Of a stretch of DNA of 64,000 nucleotides, positions 12,060 to 25,000 are shown piece after piece (within the stretch, counting starts at the first letter, position 1; the number at the start of each line of letters is the position of its first letter). The notes beneath the pieces were generated by a model, which searched no databases, was not told where the DNA came from, and saw nothing but the letters and a program-made list of their open reading frames with translations. The stretch comes from Anthoceros angustus (Eukaryota > Plantae > Anthocerotophyta). Position numbers and translations under genes: made by a program. The stretch lies in NCBI GenBank assembly GCA_010909165.1, contig MU008176.1, positions 860,856-924,855 on the forward strand, in the 5' to 3' direction.

Positions 12060-14830
12060 TGTATATTTTTCATATGTGTGAATGCAGTTGGAAGTGGACG
12101 AAGACGATGGATGGGAAGTAGGGGGGAATGGGAACTTTCAGGGGGAAGAGGATAACAACCCGTCACGCTTCCGACTACGGAGGGAGCTGGATGTAAGAGG
12201 AGGGCCGGAGGGAAATCTTGGAAGTGCACAAGGTAGCGAGCACGAAGACGGTGGAGGGAGGGAGGGAGCGAGGAAGACCGGCAGGTGCAGGCCTTAAAGG
12301 AATGGCGGAGGCGAATTTGTTGCGGTGGAGGTGTCATATCAAGCCGGCGGGGAGGAAGCGGGCACGATGAGCGTGAATGACAATGGTGTTGATAACGAGG
12401 CCTTGGTGAATGCTTTGCTTTGCACAAGCATGGGGTGAGAGAAATGAGAGCATGATAGGCGGTTGTGAAAGGCGTCGGCGACCGCATTGTTGGTGGGCTA
12501 AGTCAAAGGAGACACGAAGAAATCTGGAGCTAGTGAGGACAAAGGTTGTGAGCGACACAGGGGTACGACAAGGTGGAGGGACGTTCAAAAGCGAGAAGGC
12601 CCGGTTAATCAAGTGTGTGGCGGGCCTTCCGTTAGTCTTTGAAGTCGTGCATAAGTAGACATTTCTCTCAAATGGCCAGCGGACCGCAATGCGGATGTGT
12701 GGATCTTTGCGAGGCCGTTGCGCTGGAGAGAGGAAAAGGGGAACTACCTCGAATAGGAAACCTTCCATGGTGGACGATGAAGAGTGGGAAGATGCCTTAG
12801 CATGGGCACGACCACGAGTGAAAAGAGCGGCCGTTTTGACCATCCAAGCACGAAATAGCGAAGGAGAGACTAGCCAAATGGCGGTATGGGTCCAAACCCG
12901 TGGGGAAAGGGAGTAGGGCAGTGGGTGTTGCGTTCCTACAAGCGGTATGGCACGTATCCTGCGAGATGGCAGTATGGAATGCTAGAAGGGACGACAAACA
13001 TGTAAGGGCTATGGCCGATCCAGCGGCAGGCGATTGGTGCCGATTCCTTAGGCGTGTGAGGGAGGCAAAGTATGGGCGAACCCGGTCACGAGGAGATTGC
13101 GGAGAACGGGAAAGAATTGCGTTCTTTGAATGATATAGAGTTGGAGAAGGATCGATCTGGTGGCCTTCCCAGGAGGAGGATAGTGGGAATGGGTCAATCT
13201 TCGAAGCCGTGGGGCGCTAGATGCGGCGGGGCAAGCATTCGAGGCGAGAAGAGCCACCGGCATGTGGTGGAGAAAACCGTAGAGACGAATGTGCGGGAAG
13301 GATGGGCGAATGGCGGGACAACAAGGCGTGGAACCCGACATGGAGGGGCGTCACGAGATGAGCGATCGACCATGGGAGGACGGGGCTCAGGCGGTGAAGG
13401 CCATGGAGCACAAAATGAGGGAACAAACAAAATCAGTGCGGCCAGGAGAGAAGGAAAGCGCTAACACGGTGGGGCAAGCGCGCTGATAGTGTGATGGCGG
13501 CCCGAGCAAAGCGTGACATCGTCGACTATGGCGGTTGAGGTGGTGGTCAGCGACACCACGAGCAGGCGTGGTTGTGGCGGCATGATGGTCATGATCGTGG
13601 AGGGGCATGGTGGGCATGGGTGGCTCGAGAAAGGGCAACGAAGAACATGGTAGGGGCCGGCGTCGGCTAGTGGAGTTGTACATGGGGCCGGTACACATCT
13701 GGGAATGGCATTAGCCGGACATCAAAGTGGTAGGGCAGGATGGGCGGGAGGACAATGGAGGCGGGAGGCCAGGTGGGGTGGCGACATGTGTGCAATGGTG
13801 CAGCGTTGCCCTCATTGGGGCAGCCGGGAATGGAGCGAGAGAGGACATACATCATGGGGATTCCGGCTGACCAATGGACGGGTGGCGTCACACATGGTGA
13901 GGAGGAAGAGAAGCAGGAGGTGGCGGAGGAGGATGTGAGCGAGCTCGTGCCCAACTGTGCAGGACACATACATGGGAGTCGGTAGAGGCATGGACACCGC
14001 GGGCTCCAGAAAGGTGGCCGATTATGGAGGATGGAGGGCGGAAGAGAAAGGAATGCACAGGAATGCGGATGTGGAAGGAAGAGTAACACGGTCGGTGTGG
14101 CTGCGCAAGGGACGGTGACAAACACATAGCTAGGCGAGTTGACAACAAAACAAAGAAGGCCGAGTAAGCACGGAAATTGCAAGTGCTTCGGCGAGGTATA
14201 CTTGAGGCCATGGAGATGGCATGTGGTCATCATTCTTGTAAATCGGGAAGCAGGTGGAATCACAGGCTGCGGCACGGAAGGAAAAAGCCGAGGCCGTTGA
14301 GGAAGGAAGGGCAAAATCGCTAGCCGTGTGGGAGGTGGACGGGTTTCCAATTTCCATACGACGAGTAGGCATGCTCGCGAAGCGACAAGCAGGCGGGGCA
14401 GCAGAAAATGACCACAACCCCAAATTCCACCTCCCGCAAGGAGGGAGCCGCAGTGAGTGTGGGATGTGGATGCCGGTTCATTCCTCCCAGCGACGAGGAG
14501 CACGGTTCTCGCGGATGTGGATGCAGTTCATTCATCCATGTGCGGAGGAGGATTTTGGATGTGGATGCGGTACATGAGCAAGCATCTCATCAGGGTTGCA
14601 CAACGGCTTATTGTTTTTGGTATAAGGTTTCCAAAACAAGTACGTTATATGGGGCGCCTACAAGGAACGAAATCTGAGTGGCGTAAAAAGGCCTTTGCGG
14701 ATAGGTCGGAAACAAGCGCTTAATTTGCGGGCCATCGCCATGTTTAGTGCAAAACAAATCGGAAACCACATGTACGTATAATTATTTTGAAAAGGGCTGC
14801 ATATATGTATTTCAATGACATGTCGGGAAA
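12060..14830 (-). mobile_element. Degenerate element, possibly Penelope-like (GIY-YIG-like N-terminus, RT-like C-terminus)
   Basis: Broken minus frames: YIYAALF..NYTY (~14770-14810, GIY-YIG-like), SGSTPCCP, KDPHIRIAVRW, VSFDLAH. Resemblance by eye only. Confidence 0.3.
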
Positions 14831-14999
14831 ATACGTGCACGCAAGCCAAGGCATATTATATACGTATAATTAAGTACGCATAACAAGAAGATGGCGGGGA
14901 AAAAGGAATGAATATAGGCAATAATGGCAAACCAACATGGGAGGAGGATCGGTACCAAGCACGCAAAAGCTATAACAAGGAGGATGTAACACTTTGGTA

Positions 15000-15163
15000 G
15001 TTGCAAATATGTTGAAATTTTGAAAAGGCGATACCACCCCTCATTACTGTTGCAACAAAGTGCACAAGGCTATAACAGCGAACAAGATGGAGGGTTGGTT
15101 ACCAACCCAGTGTAATAAGGCCAAATAAGTGTAACGACCCCAAGATTTCAACATATTTGCAAC
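15000..15163. repeat. 19-bp perfect inverted repeat (23 bp with one mismatch) enclosing ~126 bp
   Basis: gttgcaaatatgttgaaat (15000-15018) and atttcaacatatttgcaac (15145-15163). Confidence 0.9.
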
Positions 15164-15789
15164 AAGGGGGTTCAAATTCAACAAAAAGTGTAACATAAGG
15201 CTTTATTTTCTAGTAGGGGTTCTTAATTCATGTGGGGCACACATAAACCTCACGAAGGAGGAAGAGAGAGCCGTCCGGACCGGAGGCGGACCCGCCGCCT
15301 ACCTGAAAGGCGAGAAGGAAGAACCCGAGGTGGAAGCTTGACCTGTCCCGAGCAGAGCTGGCAGGAAGAAGGCAGGCCGGGAGGAATCCCGAGACTCCGC
15401 TACGTTTGGAGGCGGACTCCCACCGCCACCAAAGGGAGGTGTGGGAGGACATCACAGCTTCCCTCCTCCCACAGTGATCTTACCCCACCGGAGCAAGGCC
15501 CAGCCTCACAGCGGGGAGGCGGCCCGCCCTGGGCCCGACAGACCGATACTGCCACGGCCGGCTACTTCAAGAATAATGAGCCCGGCAGACCTCGTGAGGG
15601 GCCAAGAGGCGGAAGAAGGCAAGTCACCACCATCGCTCATTGACACACGAGACTGACTCAGGTACTGCGGTGGAGTGCTTACCTCGGAAATGCGGGACAT
15701 TCCTTTGTCTTACATTTGCTCTCCTCCTGTCTTGCTCCCCTTCTCCACTAGCTGGGCGTAAATAGATCAAGCGACACCTAAGATCCCAG

Positions 15790-18740
15790 GATTGCCATCA
15801 TGTTTGTCTCGGGCCTTCCTCCTCGCCCTAAACTCCTTTCTTGACCCTACGGTAGGGGTCAGGTCCATCTATTTGGGGGTGGCCTTGGACCTCGAGGGCC
15901 TTGAGAAGCTCTGGCGTAGTAGTGAGCAAAGTCTGAATCGATCGGTGTTGAATTGCCTTCTTGCACATGGGCCCGGAGCACTTTGCAGTACTCCCTTCGC
16001 CAAAGGTGCTCCAGCGGTTGGGCGTGCGGCCGCCTTGGCAGGCCATTCTGTCGCCGACCCGGCCAAAGCTGCTGGCCTAGGCAGATCAGAGCCGGGTCAA
16101 TCCCGTGAGGTCGCTGGTCAAGGAAGCCTCCATTACCTCCTGCCAGACCTCCGGGCTGGCACTCCGCAACTGTCCATCTTTCCTCGTTGCTTGCCTAGGC
16201 CGCATACTGCGGCCATGGCGCAGCGCTCTCCTTCCACCCTCTCGCGGTTGAGCAGCAGTTTCTTCTCTCCGCCCAAAAGCTCCTTGCCCCCCATCCATCC
16301 GGGCTGATAAAGCTCATCTCTCTCTCCCCAGGCTGTCCGTGGCCACCTCTGGCCTCGACTCACAGCTTCCTCATTCTCTCTCCAGTTAGGCGGCGGCCAA
16401 CTCCTTGGCCCGTCGTGGCTTCCCTCCTGCTGACAAGGCCCATGGCGCTCGATCTCTGCTCCAGAATCCTTGATTCTCTCTTTGAGAATCCCAGTGTTGC
16501 TCAAGCAGCGTCTTGGGTTTGCGCTCGGGGTGTCATAGCATCCTCAGCTCTTGTCGCGCTCCTCTTCCCTGCAGTGCACGATCCCTATCTCCCGAGTCTT
16601 GGCCTCCATTTCTCCTCACGGCTTACCGTGCTTGCTCCGCCTTCTGTTAGGGCCTTGGGTTCGTGGCTACCCGCCGTCTCCCTCCACGTTCGTCGCTCAA
16701 CCTGATCGAGTCGGCCTTGCTTGTGCTTCCTACCTCCGCGCCTTCGCCTTTGAGCCTCGGCTTGGTGGTCGGCCGAGCCTCGGCCGGTGGCGTTCTCTCC
16801 ACCCCTGGCCCTCCTCGCCTCCTTACCGCTTCCTCCCTCCGTTTGCGGGTCTTGACCCGTGCTTGGGCCTCCTGCGCAGCTTGATTTGACCTGTGAAGGA
16901 CCTTGGTCAGTCTTCTTGAACGTCCGGACCTCCGCTCCGCCTCCGGCGTTTTCCCTCCTCGATTGGGCGAGGGATTCCGCCTTCTTCTTCGCCTCCACAG
17001 GCCTCTACACGCCTTGAGTTCACCATCCTCCAGGGTGGCCTCCACTTCTTGGGTCTTCTCATTCGCGAGACCCCAAAGCATACCATCCATGGCCAGTGGC
17101 TAAAACCATACGTTTCTTCCACGATGCTTGAGGAGAGCCCGGGGAAGTCCCATTGTGGGCGCGGGCATCTCTGGTCCGTCGAGGACCGCCATCACTGCCC
17201 GGCCGGAGGCGAGTCGGGACTGGGCTCTCGGACCCTGTCCAGGACCCTCGGGTCGAGGTGCTCATGGGAGCCTCGCCTCCTTGGCCCTCTTGGCCTGCTC
17301 CCTTCTCCGCCCTTCTCCTCCTGGGACTCGGAGGTGGAGAAGGAGTCGGCCAGCCCTCTTGCCTCTCCCGGTCGGGGCAGGGACAGTGGGGAGTTCTTTG
17401 CGATGTCCTCCGCTCACAGGCCGCGTCTCTTTCCGCCCTCACGCCCGCACTTCCTCTGCCTCCTGCCACTCCGTTGGTAGGGGCAAGGGAGCAGTCGGTC
17501 TGGCTGTTGCGTTAGGCGCTATCCTCGCCTCTTTGGTTCCCTTGAGTCAGTGAGGCTTATTGTTGGCGTCGTTGTTGGCTGGCAGCTGGGAGCTGGCCGC
17601 CAACCCGGAAAGCTGCGCCTCTTCTGCGTCAATTTGCTCCGGTGGGCACCAAGAGGAGTGGGGATGTCCTCCACACTTCCCTAGGTGGCGAGGGGTGGTT
17701 TCGAGAACTGGAGTCCGGAATCCTCCGATCGTCCTCGCCCCGACCCTCTTACTCGGTGGGCGGGCCTCCGCCTCCTGCACTCTCCTTCGCCTGCCTCACA
17801 GGGCGGGCGTGAGCCCCTTCCGAGTGCTTCCTCTCGCCCCTCCTTCAGGAGGTTCGCGTGCCCCCACACATGGATCAAGAACGGCGATAACGCCGATGGA
17901 GGTGGCTTCTCGCTCCTCAGCTTGCGAGCCTCCTGGTTAATCCGGGCGAAGATTATTCTGCCCCAGTCGGCGCGTTTCCCTTTCTGGAGGTCGTGGAGGA
18001 ACACCAGTAGATTGTCTCCAAGGTGGTCCACCTTGGTCAGCATGTTCCAGTGGACGATGATTTTCGCCACTGACCTTACTCTCCTGTCCAGGAGGTCCGA
18101 CATCAGCCATCCGTTAGAGGATCGCTTCCCGGCCGTAAGAGAGCCGCCCTAGCCGCTTCTACCTTCCCCTTCACCTTCAGGGGCTCCGGCACTACGCCCC
18201 CTACCTCTTGGGCCAGTAGAGCAGCCCTCAGACCTCCACGGTCCTCACCTCACGGGTCCTCCCAAATTCTTGAGCGGACCTCCTTCTTGGATCGGCCCGG
18301 CATTTTCAGCGTACTCCCGGACTAAGGTTACATCGTGGGCCGAGGTCAGGCACAGAATATCCGGTGCCATTGCCACCGGCTCCTCCGCCTCCTCAAGCCA
18401 CGGACCCGTCGGGGTAGCCCGTGACAATGTTGCACCTCCAGCGCCATGGCTCCCACACCTGGGCGCTTTCTTGGGTCCCATCGCCGCCGTGCTCCTCTTG
18501 CTTTTGTTGGAGCTGAGACTCCAAATTCCGCCTCCTCCCATCGCCCACGCTCCCCTCCAGTCGCAGCTGGTAAGGTGCCTTAGGCTCGAAGAGACAACGC
18601 CAGAGAGCCGGGTGTCTGAGCGCGAGAGAGCGCGAGAATCGGCGCAAAGTTGCTGGGAAGAATGAGTTCCCCGCCACTCCCCTCGCTCGAGAGTATGGCA
18701 TCGCCGCCCGAAGGATGGCTGCGTGGTCTCAGAGTGCATG
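15790..18740 (-). mobile_element. TE-derived, frameshifted coding region resembling the accessory/antisense ORF of LTR retrotransposons
   Basis: LLVFLHDLQKGKRADWGRIIFARINQEARK...SPFLIHVW, followed by an Ala/Pro-rich linker and E/K/R-rich coiled-coil-like frames. Sits inside a TE nest. Confidence 0.4.
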
Positions 18741-21700
18741 GCTGCTCATGTGCAGCACTGTGGCCTTGCCTGCCATTATGGCCGTGCCTCTAACCTTACG
18801 CCGCGAGCATTTTCGGGCGTGAATACCTATATGACCCGCCACTGCAACCTCAGTCACAGTCTCTGCATGCCGAGTCTACCACTCTTGCACCGTACGTGGC
18901 TTCTGCATCTAAATCACGCTCCAACTTCTAAGTTACTTTACTTGGCGTACTTATCGTCCCACCCCGAGGAGTGGACTTATCCCGATACTCAGCTGTGTGG
19001 TTGAAGTTCCTTGAGTGTGCTCCAGTCCTTCCACCTACTCAGTCACTTACTCAAGTGCAACCGGAGGTACACAACTGAGTAGTCCTGACTTATTTCTTCC
19101 TTCCGCTCTATTTTTAAGCACACTCGTGCGTTACAAAAACAAGCATAACTCATTTCCTTACTCCCCGAGGAGAGTCCGTTGTCCACACCATTGCATCTCA
19201 ATGTGATTGTTCTTGTCTCCCACATACATGAGATGGCCTCCACATGTTTCTCTTCACGGTCCTCATAACATCAACTTAAGTGAAACCCTTTTGCCCCTTA
19301 TGATGCTCCCTTCCTCCTCCTAGGAGATGTGGCGGAGACCTTAATGCTTAGCAACTGCTCATGTGCTTTAAAATTTGTATTCGATGTTATCTACTTCTTT
19401 ATTTGTCCGCCCTCACAATTTTTCTCCCCTACTTTTTCTTCCCTTTTGCTACCAACACATCTGGCATTAGGCAGTCGGTATCTCTCTACCTCTCCAATTA
19501 TCAACTCTTGTGTCAGTTTAGCTTGTCTTCTTTCGGCTTTGGATCAGACAACCCTCCTTAGGGACACATGGCGATTAATAGTTTCAACGAAATTGTTGTT
19601 ATTCTTGTTCGCTTTTTAAAGTGCTCTACGCCTGTAGGGGCAAGTGGTAGCTACGGTGATAAATTGGTTATTTTGGAGCCTCATTCTAGGCTACTTTTCG
19701 AGGACACTATAATTAGATTATTTCGATTGTCTTCCTCATCCTCGACCTCTTTGTGACATTGATTGTAAGCGGTGATGACGGTAAGCCCACTCAAGTCATC
19801 CGCCGAGGCAAAGAAGCTACCAGAAGCAGTGGCAGGAACCCTCTGAAACACTCATGATTTTAGCAAATACCGGTGATACGAAATAATTAAAGCAGATACT
19901 AATTAAATAGATAAATGCCACTATATAGGATATCCGGATAACTAAAAACTGTTATACCAGTAGAATCCCAAGAAGTAGGGTAGTTGGGCGGGCTCGACCT
20001 TCTTGGCATTGCACACACATGTATTTATAGCGAATCGAACATGAAGAAAACGCGTCCATTTTCCAGGGTCGAGTTGCCCGTAACATCTTTGGTATCGAGC
20101 CAGCTAGCCACCCTTAGATCGAGGATCAAGGCGGCCGGGGAGAGAGCCGCCCGCCGCTTCTACCTTCCCCTTCACCTTGGGCCCGCACTACGCCCCCTAC
20201 CTCTTTAGACAGGCAGCCCTCAGGGACCTCCACGGTCCACCTCCCTCGGGTCCTCCCCGCAAATTCTTGAGCGGACCTCCTTCTTGGATGGCCATTTTCC
20301 TGCACTCTTGACTAAGGTTCTGTGTCAGAGTCGCAGACCGAAAATATCCAGTGCCATTCCCGGCTCCTCCGCCTCCTCAAGCCACGGACCAAGTCGGTAG
20401 CGCGTGACAATGTTGCACTCCTCCAGCGCCATGGCTCCCACACCTGGCCGCTTTCTTGGGTCCCATCGCCGCCGTGCTCCTCTTGTCATTTGTTGGAGCT
20501 TGAGATCCCCGCTCCTCATCGCCGCCCGCCCTCCATAAGTCGAGGCAGCGTAAGGGTGCCTTAGCTCGAAGAGACAACGCCAGAGAGTGTCTAAGCGAGA
20601 GAGCAGAATCGGCGCAGTTGCTGGGAAGAATGAGTTCCCCGCCACTCCCCTCCGTCGAGAGTAACCGTCGCCCGGAAGGATGGCTCTTCGCTGCCCGAAT
20701 CGCCAGGTGCATGGCTGCACTCCCGCCACGCTTACTATGGCCTTACGCCGCTGCTGATTTCTAACCTTACGCCGTCTGCTCGGGCGTGAATACTATACCC
20801 GCCACTGGCAACCTCTGGCCCACAGTCTGCTGTGCATGCCCGTCTACCACTCTGCACCGTCCACGTGGCTTGCCTAAATCACGCTCCAACTTCTAAGTTA
20901 CTTTACTTGCGTGCTTATCTCGTCCCACCGGAGGTGGTCCTGACTTATCCCGATACTCCGTTGTGTGGTTGAAGTTCTTCTTGAGTGTGCTCCAGTCCTT
21001 CCACCTACTCCAGTCCTTACTCGAGCACCGAGTACACGAGTAGTCCGGACTTATTTCTTCCTTTCCGCCCTATTTTGCACTCCGTACGTACAAAAAAACA
21101 AAGCATAACTCATTTCCCTACTCCCGAGGAGAGTCCGTTGTCCACACCATTGCATCTCAATGTGATTGTTCTTGTCTCCCACATATAGATGGCCTCCACA
21201 TGTTTCTCTTCGGTCCTCATATCAACTTGCGAAACCCTTTGCCCCCCTTAAGTGCTCCTTCCTCCTAGGAGATGTGGCAGACCTTGGTAACCGTTCATGT
21301 GCTTTAAAATTTGTATTCGATGTTATCTACTTCTTTATTTGTCCCTTGCCAATTTTTTTCTCCCCTACTTTTTCTTCCCTTTTGCTACCAACACATCTGC
21401 GTAGCTGTGGTATCTCTCTACCTTCTCAATTATCAACTCTTGTGCTTGGTTTAGCTTGTCTTCTTTTCTGACTTGTACAACCCTCCTTCGGGACACGCAG
21501 TGTGGATTTCAACGAAATTGTTGTTATTCTTGTTGCCTGCTTTTAAGGCTGCTCCTGCCTTGGGGCAAGTGGCCTTTTTCGTGGTGATAAATTGGTTATT
21601 TTGGAGCCTCATTCTCGACTTCTTTCAGACACTATAATTAGATTATTTCGATTGTCTTCCTCATCCTCGACCTCTTTGTGACATTGATTGAAACGTGATG

Positions 21701-22056
21701 ACGAGCCGGCCACTCAAGTCATCCGCCGAGGAACCGAAGCTACCACGAAACAGGTAGCAGGAACCCTACGAAACACTCATGATTTTAGCAAATACCCAGC
21801 TGATACGAAATAATTAAACAGATACTAATTAAATAGATAAATGCCACTATATAGGATATCTGGATAACTAAAAACTGTTATACCAGTAGAATCCCAAGAA
21901 GTAGGGTAGTTAGGGCGTGCTTCTTGGCATTGCCTCGCACACATGTATTTATAGCGAATCAACATGAAGAAAACGCCCATTTTCCCGGGAACTCGAGTTG
22001 CCCAACATCTTTGGTATCGAGAGCTAGCCACCCTTAGATCGAGGATCAAGGCCGGC
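18131..22056 (+). repeat. ~2-kb direct tandem duplication (18131-20135 and ~20136-22056) that includes the 5' LTR and PBS of the downstream gypsy
   Basis: ccgcttctaccttccccttcacc at ~18152 and ~20154; agctagccacccttagatcgaggatcaagg at 20102 and 22022; ggccg microhomology at the junction. The copies differ by many small indels. Confidence 0.92.
19764..20085 (+). mobile_element. Extra copy of the chromovirus 5' LTR (plus PBS at ~20090) created by the tandem duplication
   Basis: TG..CA-bounded, homologous to 21689-22007 and 28021-28342, same ttgat left flank, followed by tggtatcgagc. Confidence 0.88.
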
Positions 22057-25000
22057 CTGTGGATCGAGAGGCCGAGTTCGAGCGCCAGAGGTGGTAGCAA
22101 CACAAAGAACCATCACCACAGAGAACGGACCAACCGGGAGGAGGGCGTAAACTAGAGAAGTCTTGGAAATCTCTCCGGAAAGGCAAAGATGGACAATCGC
22201 GCCTTGAGGGACCAAGAATCTCCAACAAGTGAGGAAGAAGACCCATTCAAGGAATTGGGAAGAGGTGCGCCGCCAAGACAACAACACCTCCGTGATTCCT
22301 TAGAGGCCATCTCCCTGCTGCCACCACCGTGACTGCCCGCAGCTGCCCCTGTGAGCGCGAACACACTCGCCGCCTCGGCCCGAGAGGAGGTCGAGAATCG
22401 GCGGAGGTCGGACCGAACCGGACGCCTCCAGAATTCTCCGACACGCCTCGAGCCGTGAAGCCGGGCGACGCCCGAGGAAGCACAAAGACTCAATGAATCA
22501 CGCCACCTCCTCCGCAATACGCCTGGTGAGCCAACCGGGAGTGAAGCGACCTCATGACACCTGGGATGGGAAAGGACCAAAGGTCGAACACACCGCGACG
22601 AATTGCACTCATCCTTGTCCCGACAAGACCAACACCGCTAAGGTAGAGCGTCGATCGGATCAAGTCCGGTGGGGAGGCCAAGCCCGATTGGAGAGGCAAT
22701 GAGGGTGTGCTCCACTGGAGCAACCAACACCCCAGCGCCACCACCCCACCCTGACGCCGAGGTGACTGACCTGCCCACTGGACTAACACACCTCTCCACA
22801 CCGTGGATGGAAGACTCAGAGCAACCCGCCCCCACGCACGGAAGGAAGAAGGACTGAGGTACACCACCGCACCTTGTGTCGAGAAGGAATCCCAGAGGAT
22901 GGGGAGCGAGGAAGAAACTCATCAGAACTCCAACTCGGCGAGGAAGAGAACAAAGACATCAAAGCAATGGTGAGGCGTCTGCAGATGATGAGATATGAGC
23001 ATTGGGAGCGCCAACGAGGTCGCCGAGTGGAGAAGCTCAAGTGGGAGAAGAATACCTGCTCAAACCAAGCCCCATCGACAAGGAGTTAAAAAATCAAGAC
23101 CACAACGCTCGAAAGTGCCAAAGATGCTCAAAGTGTGCATGATGGTTGGACAAACTCGACAAGTACCTTGCGCCTCCGACAAAGACGACGGAAGATCCGC
23201 TGTGATGTCGCTTGAAGGATATGCCTACCGCTGGTGGCGCAGAGAAAACAGTGGACCTCGGCATGGAACCACCTGTACTCGGCGGTCCTCAAACAGCTCT
23301 TCTGGAATAGCCCTACCAAAGGAATCATCGCAGATTTGTATCAACAATTCAAAGATATTCCAACAAGGTAGTGTACAAGAGTATGTGATAAGTTTCTCCA
23401 ACTCACACTTGACATGCCCAGCGGATGAGGAGCAAAAGATCGAGAAATTCATCGACGGACCGAATTGAAATGAGAGGATGTGAACCAAACGAACTCAAAG
23501 AACTTTGGTCAAGCAATGCGAGCAGCCATCAATTACTGACGAACAAGTACAAACACTTCTTCCGCAGTCCCTCCAAGCCTAAGTGGAACAAGATAACGCT
23601 ACGACAAGAAACCAACTTTCAAAATCTGACGGAGGAGAAGAAGGAATACAAAGGAGAAGAGGAAATGTTTCACTTGCATGGCACAAGACCATGGTTCAAA
23701 GAACGCCCTTTCCGCAAGGACTTCATCAATGGTTGAGAGAAACCGGAAGACCACGAACAAACCCAAACCCTCCCAAGAGCGGACATGCCATCAACACAAC
23801 CGAGGTCAAGACTCCATGTCATAGCAGCGATCTCGGGGAAGTCAAATCTCCAAGAGGGTTACCCACCCATGTACCCATCAAACTAGAGGTTGGTCTAGAA
23901 GGCTCGAGCCACGCTAGACTCGTGCCACCATCATTATGTGTCTAGATCCGTCAAAAGGTTGGCCTCGCAGATCCGTACCTCGGACATGTGTCCACAGTGA
24001 GCAATTAATAACATGAAACCAAAGAAGGAAGAGTGGATCGATGCACTAATCACCTTCCTGGTGGTTTTGAAATCTTCAAGTCGATAATGCCGCCCTTGTG
24101 TCATGACATCATCATTGGTAAGCCTGGCCAAGCATACCCACACATTAGACATAGACCGGTCTAACGAGTGAGTCTTACAAAGGGGATAAGACATACACCA
24201 TGCAAGGTGAATAAGATACCCATAAAGCTTGTTTGTGTGATTCGCCAAGAGCCACCGCCTGGGCAGTGTTCATGTACGAGCTGTAAAAAAGTCTTACCCC
24301 TAGAAGGAACCCCGAGTCCAGTGCCGCAGGCCAAGGCTCATGAGGAACTCCTACCACCCACCATGAAGTCATCACACAGGAGTTCGTGATGTGTTCACCG
24401 AACCAGCAGAACTCCCCCCTAGACGCCCTGTCGACCATGCCATAGAGCTCCGCCAGTCATAAACCCATCAAGATCCAAACCATACACCATCAAAAACGAG
24501 GAAATAAAAAACAAGTAGACGAACTCCTACAGAAAGGGTTTGCGCCTTCTGTCCCTTCGAGCCCTCTTCTGGCAAACCGAGATGGTGGTTGGCGGCATGC
24601 ATTGACTATCGAGGACTAAACCGCCACGAAAATGTCTACCGATGCCGAGGATCGATGAGATCCTCGGACCAACTTCACGGCAAAGTGGTTTACCAAGATT
24701 GATCGAGATCCGGCTTCCACCGCATCGTGATCAAGGAAGGGATGAGTCAAAACTTCCGCGACAAGACATGGCCACTGAGTTCGTGGTCATGCCGCTTTTC
24801 AACACCACTCGCAACATTCCAATGTCTCATGCGTGACATCTTACGACCATTGTTGCAAGGCGTCAAGTATTCCTCGACGACATCCTCATATACACACCGA
24901 CCTAGAGACACATTACACCTTGGTCGAAAGGTACTTGAGTGCAAATAAGTTATTGGCCAAAAGAAGTAAGTGTGTCTTCATGAGACAGGAGTGTGAATAC

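Noticed and set aside
14570-14600. Minus-strand CTGATGA as a hammerhead ribozyme core
   Set aside because: No downstream stem II with GAAA could be found.
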